Assembly: GCA_036172245.1 (NCBI GenBank)
Contig: JAYWIR010000049.1
Location: 496,001 to 560,000 of the forward strand
Reading direction: 5' to 3'
Length of the DNA stretch: 64,000 bases
From: Raillietiella orientalis
Lineage: Eukaryota
The notes beneath the pieces were generated by a model that was not told the DNA's origin, ran no database searches, and was given only the letters and a program-made list of their open reading frames with translations. Positions 51,501 through 62,385 of the stretch are shown one piece after another. The position numbers and the translations under genes are program-made. Each line of letters opens with the position of its first letter. Position 1 is the first letter of the stretch.

Positions 51501-54500
51501 CAAGGAGCAGGCGGTGCTCTGCTCTAGTTTCTCTTCCACTGGTCAGTGAGCAAAATCGCCGGACACTCCAAGCACGCTCCGGGCGTCGGGATAACTCTCT
51601 CTTTGCACTTTTGCAAATATTTTTTTTTTTCCCTCCTTCTCATCCGCGGTTTGGGCAGTGGAAGAAGCGGGAGGCGAGTTGGTACCTGGGAGCGCCGTCA
51701 GGGTTGCCAACTGCACGTTGGCTTCGCCCCAGTGCAAGTCACCGCAGAGGTACTCAAAGCCTCGCCCCGCCCTGGCCGAAACATGTGTCATCGTTGCGGA
51801 GCAGCAATGACACGCGTTTCGGCCCCGCGTGTTCTCAGCCCCTCCCTCCCCCCTCCTCCTGCTCAGACGCCGAGCTCCGGCGGTCCCAAAGTTCCCGTTC
51901 GGTCCCTCGCAGTGGCGAACGCGCTCTCGGTTCGGTTGCCGAAGAGGGCTCGCCTCGCGCGAGTTCTCGGTCAGTTGCCCTCGTTTGGCCCGAGGCTCGA
52001 AGAACTCGCTAGGTGGAGGTGGGCGGGGAGATGCGTGCGGTTGAACGTCCCGTTCGCGCGTGCTGCTGCGCCCGGCTCTGCGCGGGCGGCGAGGAGGAGC
52101 AGCCGGTCCGCAGAACCTTCCCAGTCCGGAGAGTCAGCTCTCCGTCCCGAGCAAACCGAGGTCAGCGAGAGGCCACTAAGCGGCAACTCCCGTCTAGAGA
52201 CCTTGAGGATGGCTTCGGCAGAGTCGCCTGTCGATGGAACTTCCGGTTTCGGACTCGGGAAACTTCTGGAACCAGGAGGGCCTGCCCGGCAGAACGCTGC
52301 TTTGCTCTCAGAGGCGGCGGCGTCGATCCACTTGAGGCAGCAGAGTCACCCCAAATGCAGGACTACGTATGTTGGTGGCTGACCCCCTTCCTCCCTTCCC
52401 CCCCACTGACGCACCCAAAAGGGAGCTCAAGTTCTCCCGAGGCGGCACCAGCACGGAGGAACCGATCTCCCGCCGTGGGGACGGCTGCGTGCCCCGTTTG
52501 CCGTTTGCCCAAAGTGGCGAGCTCGGGGGCCCGAGAGGTCGTGCCCCAGTCTTCCACTGTTCGCAACCTCCGACTGGGTGCTGCACCTGTTCCTCTGGCC
52601 CCAGGGGTGAGGAGGACGAATGGGAGCTTCCAGAGGGATGTGCCGCGTGGGTCCGCCCACGGAACGGGGAGCGGACGATGCGCCAAAACGGTCCGCCCCT
52701 TGCGACTCGGGAAGAACGGGAACACTCGGGCGGCCGGACGGAGCGCGCAAAGACGTCGGAAGATTGGGCACGGGCTGAGATCGCCTGCGGGCGTGTAGGA
52801 TTCTCGGATTGAGGAGAGGAATGTGGAGATGAGGAAGGGAAAGAGGAAGAAGCAAGGAAATGGAAAAGGGGACGGAGGAAGGGAGGAGGAGGAAGGAAAG
52901 AAGGGAGGAAGAAGGAAGGAAGAGGAGGAGGAGAGCGGGAGGAAGAAAGGAGGTGGAAGAAAAGGAGAGGGTGGAGGAAGGGAGGAAGGAAAGAAGAAGG
53001 GGGGAAAGGAGGAGGAAGAGAGGAACAAGGAAGGAAAAGAGGAGGGAGGAGGAGTAAGGAAGAAAGAGGGAGGAGGAATGAAGAGAGATAATAAGGAAAA
53101 AGGGAGAAAATGGAGGAGAAAGAAGAAGGAGGAAGTGAGGAAGTGGGTCTCATGCACACCATGGCAAAATCACTGAAAGTGGAGGATGAGACTGCTGCTC
53201 GTCTCAGAGGGAAGTCTTCATGAAAACAGATAGTCGCGGTCTTCAGATGTAGGGTGCGCGTTCAGAAGGTCGCTCGCTGCCTTTTCCTCTGCTCCTTCTG
53301 AGAAGTCCCATTGTGATGTGGACCTTTGAGGAATCCCGTAAGCAGCACCACGCCAAAGTGGTCATCCTGCCTTCAGGACGACCTCCAGATGTTTTGTTTT
53401 TGTCAACACGCTTCTCTGGCCCCTTCCCGTCGGAATCTCCAGTCCTAAGGTCGCGGCCGCGCAGCCCCCTTGCGTCGGGAAGGATGCGAGGGGAGGGAGT
53501 AGGCGTGCGTGGCGGTGGTGGCTGGGTAGGGAGAGAAGGAACAGATAAGATGCGGCAACTCCGCTTCCGCCCCCCTCCCCCCCGCGCCTTCCGTACAGCA
53601 CAGCGGCGTTCCCAATGCCTCCCCCCCCTGATGGACGGACGGACCTCCGCGCAGGGACGTGGCTGGCCCTGGGAATGGCTGGCGGAGACGTTCGCATCCT
53701 GGACGCCCTCACCCTGGAGCGCAGTGGCGACCACGACGTCAGGAAGGTGGAAGGAGCGGTAGAGCACGTGTGCTTCTCCGGCGACGACAGCTACTTCGCC
53801 TACCACGTGAGTGGCTGGGGCGCTCCTCCTCCCCGAGCTGGCGCGCATCGCCAGGACGAGGCGTCCTGCGTGTACGTGCATTGGTACAACAGCAGTAGGA
53901 GCCTCTGGACACGTGGACGCAAGCGGCGGATGCACACGGACGGGATCATTGGCCTGGTATTCGTCGCCATGCACTATAGGAAGTGGTCCGTCCTGCTGTC
54001 CCTGGGGCGGGATAGGCGCCTGGTGAGCTACGCAGTGAGGAACGGAGGGTGAGAAGAAACCCTACCCCCTTCCCCCGTTTCCACCCTTGGAAGTCGGGGC
54101 TACGGGGTGCCGACCTCCTGAGGGCGCGACACGATGCTTCCCGCTCTCGCTTCCGCCCTCTTCCTGTCTGAGTGGCGGCAGCAGCACTCATGGGGCAGCA
54201 AGTCACAGGGCTATCTTTGCCGCAGGGATTTCCAGGTTCAGTCCAGCTTCGCGGAAGAGCTGTTCACCCCTACGGCCATGACTCCCAGCTGCGGAACTTC
54301 TGACGTAATCATCGCCAATGACCAGGTGAGTCGTGGCGGTGCTGACAGTTAGTTTCCTTCCTCTTCCTCTCCTTCCTCCTTGTTTTCCTCCCCCTTCTTC
54401 CTTTTCCTTCCTCCCTTCTCCCTCTCCCTCCTCCTCCTCCTCCTCCCTTCCTCCACCATCCCTGCTTCCTCCGCCTCTCTTGCGCGGAGGCCTCCTTGAT

Positions 54501-56135
54501 GGGAAATGTGTTTCTGCACGGGCGACGGTGGCACCCGCGGGCGGAGATGCTTTTCTCTTCCTCTCCGTCTCCTCTCCTAGAGGAAGCTGAGGATCCTGGA
54601 CTCGGAGTCCCTGGAGCCGAGGAATCTCGTCATGGGACCTCTGTACACTCTGGCCGAGGAGCCTGTGCATCACCTGGAGGTGAGCGACCGGCGACCCCGA
54701 GGGGTGAGTTCCTCTTCTCCCCCCCCAAGGCGATCTCCCCTGGCAACGAGCTGCCGCTCCTGCTCTTCGCCACGGAGGGGAAGCTGGGGCTGCAAGTGCT
54801 GCCCCTCGACGGGAACCCCTTCGGGTCACTCGCCGTCGCGGCGCACACTAGGAAGGTAGCGGTGAAGGGAAGGGAGGACTCTTGCGGGCAGTTCCCTCAC
54901 CTCACGGGCCGGGTGGGGCAGGTGAAGTCTCTCTGCTGCTCCTTTGATAATAACGTGGTGTTCACGGTGGACGAGACAGGTCGTGAGGTGTTCATGTGGG
55001 AGGTGAACCCGCGGTGAGCCCTCTTTCTCCTCTCGGGAAGGGCCGGAAGCAGCATTCCACTCCCTCTTTTCAGGAGCCTGCAGATCTCCCTATCCCTAGG
55101 GGGAAGAGGCCTTGACCCCTACGTGAGACTGCTGGAGGGTGGATGGGAATCCCGCGAGCTCAAGCTGGCGGAGCAGCTCTTCTGCGACGAGGTCATCCGG
55201 GGGCTTCCAGAAGCCCCGCCCCCGGACGACGGCAGCCATCCACTCCGTGGGATCCCGCGCGAGAGGGTGGCGTCCATCTTCTGTGGCCTTGGGTACTTCC
55301 CCACGGCCTTCGAGGTACCCACGAGGAGGAAGGGGGGAAGAAAGGAGAGGATGGAAGGAAGGAAGGCTTTGGAGCGCTTCCGGAAAGCAGCAGCACTGCC
55401 GGGCTTCCTCGCCAGCAGGCAGCGTGGTCGGAGCTGCTGACCGCAAGCGACTGGAGGGATTTCCTCCCGTGCCGCCGAATCTGCACGCCCTCGCCCTAGC
55501 GGAGGAGCTCCGAGCCGTTTCCCGGCGACGCCCAGCCGTTTCGGGCCGCGGCCTTTCCTGCTCCTGCTTCCCTCTTCCTTCCCCCTTGCAGGTCCGCTGC
55601 CTCCTAGGAGAGCTGGAGAGCGTCGGGACGACCGAGGTCGAATACGACCTGCTGGTCAGGCTCTACCTAAACCACAGGCACGAGAGGAGCTTCGAGATGG
55701 TCGCCGATGCCTTCTGGGCGCTGAAGAACGGGCGGGACACGCCCCTCCTGACGAGGGAGGAGCTCCTCGCCTGCCTGAGGGACCACGGTAGGTGGCGGGC
55801 AGCGACCTCATGTTCCCGGAGCTGTAGGGCTGGTGGAAGGAGGGGGAGCCGCAGAGGATGAAAGGATGGACGATGCCCTGCGGACGCTCTTGGACGCGGT
55901 ACCACCCCTTGCCCTCCCACGTTCAACAGAGGAAGCGGAGGATGAGCGAGGAGGCGGCGGTCCCGTCCCGGTGGAACCATTGCTGCCCGAGGTCTCTGCC
56001 TGTCCCCGCGCGCGCGAGCGCCTACTCCCGCCCTACTCCTTCCACGGATCCCTCCTACTCCTGCAGCTCCTGGGAGCAGAGGAGTTCCTGAGTCTCCTCC
56101 TCGGCAGGACCCCGGAAGGTCCTGACCCGATGTGA
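45509..56135 (+). CDS. CFAP251: CFAP251/WDR66-like cilia- and flagella-associated WD40-repeat/EF-hand protein (5' start unresolved)
   Basis: Exons: 45509-45655, 45776-45879, 45931-46198, 46278-46404, 46449-46572, 46615-46763, 50928-51138, 51414-51541, 53655-53806, 53855-54022, ~54182-54325, 54581-54679, 54730-54855, 54922-55013, 55074-55314, 55592-55787, ~55828-55991, 56067-56135. All introns are GT-AG with consistent phases; 2709 nt, open frame. Colinear CFAP251 motifs: HISEISSTCVSRDGKLVATAD, VQLQQSCITVLT, GDSNGNIAFY, LHLDGIRTISF, CCHPRKPLI, LLSLGRDRRL, KLGLQVLPLDGNPF, SLGGRGLDPY..LLEGG, LGYFPT, LYLNHR. The frame is open upstream to an ATG at 45314, but the true first exon is uncertain. Confidence 0.88.
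48241..48315. repeat. Degenerate (CATCTA/TATC)n repeat
   Basis: catctacctatccgtatctgcatctatccacctatccatccatctgcatctatctatcc. Confidence 0.7.
48900..49795. repeat. AT-rich low-complexity tract in a CFAP251 intron
   Basis: Very AT-rich, with degenerate ATAT/ACAT/ATGT repeats. Confidence 0.6.
50012..50047. repeat. (TG)n microsatellite
   Basis: Direct inspection. Confidence 0.95.
52810..53145. repeat. Polypurine (GGA/GAA)n low-complexity tract
   Basis: About 330 nt of nearly pure G/A in a CFAP251 intron. Confidence 0.9.
54353..54482. repeat. Polypyrimidine (CCT/CTT)n tract
   Basis: Nearly pure C/T intron segment. Confidence 0.85.
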
Positions 56136-56256
56136 CGAGGCTGCTGAAGGATCTCTTGGGCGCGGAGGACCACCGGGCACCACCGGAAGACGGCGAATAG
56201 GGCGGACGCTCGTGAAGACGACGACGCTTATGCGCCCCCGACCGGATTCTCACGAC

Positions 56257-56262
56257 AATAAA
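56257..56262 (+). terminator. Candidate polyadenylation signal of the CFAP251-like gene
   Basis: AATAAA about 120 nt after the TGA at 56135. Confidence 0.4.
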
Positions 56263-56399
56263 GCGCGCGAAACGCATGTGACCAGGCGTCCTTATGCGGT
56301 CCCGATCGGGGAAGGGGTCGGTGGCGGAGAAGGATTCCCGGCCCTTGTACGGCGGAGTCGTGAGCTGACGACCAGCAGAGGTGCAAGAACCCCGAGTGA

Positions 56400-57525
56400 C
56401 TTCAGGGGCTTGGCGGTGCACCGGAAATGACGGCGGACTCGAGAGGCGCAGATCCTCCTCTGGAGCAAACGGGTTCCGGCCCAAAGAGAACTCATGGTCG
56501 CTCCTGGATCAGGCAAACGCCAAGCCTCTCCCCCATCCACTCCCTTCTTGACCGGAGATCACCTGACTGCCCCTCCAAAGCAAGCGGCGTCTGCCACACA
56601 CGGGAGACCCCAATGCAACAGCAAGATCGCTGACTCCTGTCACTTCAGGGGGAAGGCTCCACTGTTCCAACAAGCTAGGGACCACTCCTCCTCCTCCGGA
56701 AGGATGTCGAGCAGCTCTCCTCAGCGTAGAAGTCCTTTGAACGACACACTCAGGGTCACAGCGTCCGTGACCTGCTGAGTTGTCCATGCACCCGAAAGTC
56801 CCTTCTCTTTAGCTACCATGCAGCACGCCACTTTTCACCTTACCGGAAGGTGGCCGTCCCTCGCTTACCTTAGGAAGGGCACACTGGGGCAAAGGAGGTG
56901 AACAAAGCCCACAGAGTCTTGCGTGGGTCGCACAGGATCTACTACAGCGACTGCCCCGCCGAAGGCCGGCGTACTCCGCCTCGCTCGAGCCGTTGACCTT
57001 TCCCCATGTGTTCCGCAGACTGGCGTTAGCAGCCAAGCTTTGGACTACCCACTGGTGCATCCCAGCCAGGCATCTGGCCAGCTGCATCTGAGCCGCCGGC
57101 GCCGAGCAATATTTCACACGTTCCTCGTGCCTGGCCAGAGAGGTTGTCCGGCAAATGGTTGCCTTGTTTTAGGGAAACCGGTAGACTTCCTGCCTCTCCG
57201 CCAGCTGTGGTGCCTGGAAACGGAAAGCGGTTGAGGCGTGGGTGGAAAGGAACGGCGCGAGCCTGGAAATGACTCCTGCAGCCAGGCAATGCAATTTGAG
57301 GGGAAGAAAGGAATCCAGGTGTTCTCCTCCACCAAGCCCCTTCCGAATTTCGGAAGAAAATCTCCACTCTTTGATTCCTAGAAGGACCCGAAGGTCGACT
57401 CCCATTGTTCTGGCCTTCATCGGGGGTCTCCGGCTTCTTTGCAGGAGAAACCCAACGACGCAGTGGCGTCAGTTTCTGCCGGAGTATTCGAACCCGCTCT
57501 TCAGATGACCACATTCGGTTCGCCG
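56400..57525 (-). mobile_element. LINE fragments (post-RT region and ORF1 block)
   Basis: 56580-56790 is homologous to 1380-1590; WIPFFPSNCIAWLQESF is shared with 35923-36105(-) and 4315-4375(+); ORF1 block at 57520-57350. Confidence 0.55.
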
Positions 57526-57529
57526 ATTA

Positions 57530-58185
57530 GCGCTTCATCCACACCGCAAGGCTAAACGGCCTACCAATAAGAGGAGTAGCAAGAAGATTACCAGCCGATC
57601 GCATATGCCGAAGATGCAACTGTCAGGATGAGACAGTACCACACATATTAAACCATTGCGTAATGCATTTTCCGATGTCTCCTCGACACAATGCAATAGT
57701 GCTGAAACTACAAGCAGTCGCCACAAAGGTAGGAGGATGCTAGCTAGTATCAGTGGACCAAAGGATACCTGGAGTGAACTCCCTGTTGAGGCCGTATCTC
57801 TTCTTTGAGAGATATGGAAAGTGGATCATAGTGGACGTTGCTTGCCCATCTGAAGGTAAGGAAAACGCGTTCACTAAAGCAAGAAGAGAAATATGAAAAT
57901 CTAATCCACTGCATCAACCAGATCGGCAAAATAGCCATCATAGAAGTCTTCATCGTGGGAGCCTTAGGGTTGTGGGATCCCAAGGTTGATGCCGTGCTGA
58001 GATTACTAGGAACTAAAGAAATCAACGAGAAAAAGTTAAGAAAATTGTCTGTATCTTGCTGCATCAGGACAAGCAGGAACATCTACTGGATGCACAGACT
58101 GGGGCATCCACCTGACGATGCAAGCGACCCCATCCGACACATAATGAAAGAGGGACAACCCAAAGACCAGTCCACTATCAACTAA
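57530..58185 (+). mobile_element. 3' fragment of a NeSL/Utopia-like (RLE-endonuclease) non-LTR retrotransposon, decayed
   Basis: ICRRCNCQDETVPHILNHC (CCHC knuckle), RHNAI, LRPYL (degenerate RPD), IIVDVACP.E, EEKYENL, IVGALGLWDP, KLRKLSVSCCIRTSRNIYWMH. Contains one stop and a frameshift. Confidence 0.85.
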
Positions 58186-58265
58186 ACAGCAGCTCATCGA
58201 TCATATGGGAAAAGCTGGAAGAGCAGACAGAGACAGCGAGAATGTTTCTGCAGATATACAAAGAA

Positions 58266-59012
58266 TTAACTCAATAAACAAAAAGATGCATCGACATTGG
58301 GAGACCTTCGAAAGGTTGCCTCCCTTGGGCAGCGGTCGCATCTTGCTTTCGTAGAACGATTCGGATAACTTTCCTTCTTCTCGAAAACGAAGAGTGAGCT
58401 CGTGTTAAAGGCACAGGCAGGCGTGAAGGCACCGCCGACAGTGGGAGGTGGGCTCACCGTCTCAGCATCTGTCGGCGGTCCCCCAAATGCTCTCTTCACC
58501 CCGTTCAGGGGGATCTCTCTTCCTCCATCTTCTGTTGCGGCAGCGTCATTTCTCCAGGAAACGCAGGAAGACGTGCTTCTCTTCACGCGACCATTTTCCG
58601 ACGTCGAAAGCGGGGGTCGTAGTGACGGTGGAAGACCTCCGCGATCCCTTGAGACGTGTGGAGCATCTGGTCTTGGTGTCGGATGCAGGAGATGTCCGTC
58701 TCCAAGTTCTTCTTTTCCTGCACGCCAATTTCTCCTTTCGCCGATCGGAAGACGTCTTGTTCTTAGTACCGCGAGAAGTAGTGGTCCTGAAAGTTCAACT
58801 CCTGATACTATTCCTGCCTTCAGTTCTTCCGGCCGCATGTTCGCGAACAGGTGGATGGTGTGTTTCAGTCGGTACCAGTCGTCGACTCTGCGGATGCTGG
58901 CGTCCCTCAGAGTCGCCTGGATCAGTTGCTGGTGACGGGAAACAGTGCGAACCACACAGGCAGCTCTGGGGCCATTCTTCCGACGAAGGCTTTCCGCCCT
59001 AAAGGTTTTTCT
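58266..59012 (-). mobile_element. LINE ORF2 linker to start of RT
   Basis: DDWYRLKHTIHLFA (tower/linker-like) and PLPKGGNLSKVSQCRCIFL (degenerate RT motif LLPK..NL....WRPISL). Confidence 0.6.
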
Positions 59013-62000
59013 CACTTGGTCACTCCGGGGTGTTTATTTTATAAAAAAAAATAATCCAGTTGAAAACACGCTGGTTCTTAGCCGATAGCAACAGAAGTTC
59101 AAGAAAAGGGGCCCACCGACACGTAGGTCGGGAAGAGAGACAGTCCGGAATGGGGAGAAGAAAGAGAGCAACAAAAACAAAAAAAATTAAAATTGAAGAA
59201 ACTGGGAAAATCTTTGGGTGAAATCTTTGGGATCAAAACAAAAAGCACTGGGGAAGCTACGGGGCGAACGGGGATGGGGATTGAGAAAAAATATGAAGGA
59301 TGAGGGGGGCAAGGGTTATCGAGGTCCGCCGTTCCTAAGTGTCCATCAACCGGCGGTGGATGTCGGCGATCTCCTGCTTCGTCTCTTCTTCCAGGTAAGG
59401 CCACCTTGCAGCCGTCCTCATGAAGGCGACTGCCATCCTGGCGTCCTCTCCAGCACTTGGCGGGCCGTGACGATGGCACGAATGCAACCGATCATTGCGA
59501 TCACAGCGCCTGTGCTCCCGGCGCGAAGAACTGCCGCAGCAGGTCGCGGGTGGTGTCCTCCTGGCGCAGGAGAGCTGGCACCAGCCTCCGCCACAGTTTC
59601 TAGAGGACGCCGCAGTCCAAAAGCAAGTACGGCGAGATCGACGCCGCCGACCCGCCCCTGGAGCAGTTCGGGGATGCAACCCTTGAGGAAACGAAGGTGC
59701 CGGTGCTCGTCGCACTGGAATCCTCAGTGGAAGAAGAGCAGCACGTCCTGTTTCCACAGCAGCGGGAACACTGAAGCGTTCACGCAGTTTGGAGGGACCA
59801 CAACTTCTTCGGGGTCAACAATCAACAGTTGGCACCACCGAAGGAGTCCTGTCGCAACTGCACGCAGAGAGGACGCCTTCAAGGTGAACCGCTCCAGAGA
59901 GCTGTCCGAGAGCAGAGTCTGCGCGTCCCGGAACCTCTGAAAGCGGTTCTTTGTGTCCCCCGCTGTACAAGATGTGGTCAATCGGCTCGTGGCTGGCTGT
60001 TAGCCACTGCGGTCCGAATTCATCGGGCAGCAGCCGCTACGGCCTTTCCGCCTCGGGGATCCTGTTGGTCCTCGTGCCTCAGGATGGTTCAGGTCTCAAA
60101 CGACGAAGATGATGTCCTTGGGCGCGGTTCTGCCGTTCAGCAGACTCTGCACGGCTTCCGCGCATCCGCGTTTGGCTCGAAGCGGTCCGTAAACGTGCAC
60201 ACAGGAGCAGCTGTGCATTTCCGGACCAGGATGTCCTAAGTCCGAAGATACGGCCGGAACACGGGGAAAAAAAAGCACTCCAGTCGTGCGCAACGTCGCT
60301 GGCATGACGAGGATCGCCCCTCCCTTCGTTTTCTCCCCGCCGGGGCTGGGGATCAGCTGGGCATCCAGTCGCCGCTCGAATTCCGGACTTGTCCTGTCCC
60401 GTGGGTTTCTTGTAGGCGTTCGATGGTCCACGTGATCCCCTTGTCCTGCTCCTGTGTGCCGCTGATGTCCCAGGAGGTGATGTTCAGGCTTCTGGAAGTC
60501 GAAGGAAGGAGGCCATGTGATTGCGGTATCCGCGCGTGGCACCACCAAGCGTCGCGGTTTCGAAGGCTCCGAAAAATCGACGCCGAGAGATGGGGGTGCG
60601 TCGAGAGTTCAAGTTCCTCCCGTAAGATGACGCTGGTTGTCCTGCATTCATTCTTGTGCGGCACTGGTAGCGGTTCAAACCCAATGCCCCCGATGAGTGG
60701 CTGGGATTGGGAGTCGACCTCCGGGTCCTTCCAGGAATCAAGGAGTGGGAGTTTCCCACCGGTTGTGAAGGAATAGATCCCCATTACGAGGGGATACTCC
60801 ACGTCGTACTAATGGAGTACGTGTGTCGCCACCACCTCTCCAGAGAGTGCAGGGAAGCGAGCACCCGGGGCGCTCCCCGAAGGGAGCATCCTTCGGGGAG
60901 CGCCCCTCAGAGAAATCGGGAAGCGTCCCTTCGGGTTCTCTTCAGGAGAGTACAAGCAGGATCAGTTCCCTTGCGGGTTCCCTCTGGATAAGAAATTCCT
61001 GATAGCGGATCCTTCCCGGGTTCCCTTTGGATAGGAAAAATGGAGCAGACCACTCCCGGGGGTCCCTCCGGAGAGAATAAAGGAGGGTATTCCCTTAGAG
61101 GTTCCCTTCGGAGACAACCAGGATGGAGGCGATCTCCATTCCGGGGATTCCTCCCCAGGCATGAGAGGAACGGACTCTGAGCTCTTCCTGGATTCATGGG
61201 GCGAACCCCTCCCGGGGTGCCCTATATCTTGAAGAATCCAAGATTGGCGTTTGATGTACTCTTTCGTTCTTCTTTTTTCTTTTGCTTGGGAGAAGCTGCC
61301 GTCCTTTTCTCGGATGGTCGCCCCTCCCTCGCGTCCGCTCTCCGGCTCGAAGCAGCCACTGGCGGCGGCGGCCGCGACACATCCCTCCTCCTCCCGAGTC
61401 AGACAGGCGTCTCTGGTGGTGTTACTTGCGGGAAGCGAGGCTTTCTGGGAAGAGGCTTTCCCAATCCTGGCTTTCGCCATGTTTCAGTGCGTCTTTCTCC
61501 AGCAGGCGCACCTTTTTCCTTCAACCAAGGTGTTCAGGATTTGGTCCTGGAGTGCAGAGGTGCGAAACGGAACCCTTTTCTGCTGCTCCTCCTCCGTGTT
61601 GTCCGGCGGCCGCTTCCTGCTCGTACTCGACGGTCTTCCGCTCCTCCTGCTCGGTCGACCCGCTCTCCACCGCCGCTATCCGGAAAAGAGGAAAGCTGCC
61701 CGCTTCCTCCTCTTCTTCATTTTCTTCTCACTTTTCTGATGCACTCCGAGGAGGCTCGGATCGGTTCGGGAAACCTCTGCCTTCCGTTACCCCTGCTTCT
61801 TCTCCGTCTGCACTCCAGGCAGCGGGGGGCAGTCTCCGGGCCACGCGGATTTGCTCCCCGCACTTACCCTTTCACGAGCCCCGATGTTCTGCAGCGGCGG
61901 CGCTACGCGGGTCTCCTGCAAACTCTTACAAAATGGCCGATTTGGCCGCATTTAAAGCACCGCGCCTTGGGGGCGGGACGTCCACGCGGTGGCCGAACTC

Positions 62001-62385
62001 CTTGCTGCCTGTGCAGAAGGTGGGCAGCATGCGGTGCCGCACTCGGACCTGCTGGGACCGCTGGACCATGGCGACGACTCACGGGATCTTCGCGTCGGCG
62101 AAGAGTTTGACCCTCACCACAGTCTCCCCGGAGAAGATGTCTTCAATGGTAGAGGGCCACTCTCGGAATAAGGGGTGCACTCCTTTGCACAACTGGAGGG
62201 AAACTCCCACTCCTTGGTTCCTGGAACGACTCCTGGAGGTCGACTCCAATTGTCTCGGCTACTCATCGTGGACATCCGGTTTCGACCGCTACCAGCGCCA
62301 TCTTGCGGGAGGAACTCGGAACCCCGACGCACCCCCGACCTCTCGGCGTCGATTCTTTGGTCGAGGATTCGAACCTGTCGTTTAT
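59013..62385 (-). mobile_element. Most complete LINE copy: ORF1 with zinc knuckles, APE start, RT deleted, C-terminus and tail; carries an inverted ORF1-repeat copy at ~60500-61235
   Basis: VRVRHRMLPTFCTGSKEFGHR and ARCFKCGQIGHFVRVC (CX2CX4HX4C, ~61960-61915), SLNITSWDISG (APE, ~60490), CVNASVFPLLWKQDVLLFFH, terminal AATAAACACCCCGGAGTGACCAAGTG. Confidence 0.8.

Noticed and set aside
52308..53176. Long ORFs rich in P/S/F or E/K/G/R
   Set aside because: Artefacts of the polypurine tract inside a CFAP251 intron.
60860..61190. CRISPR-like periodic repeats
   Set aside because: The units are degenerate along their whole length with no identical repeats or unique spacers, the context is eukaryotic, and there are no cas genes.
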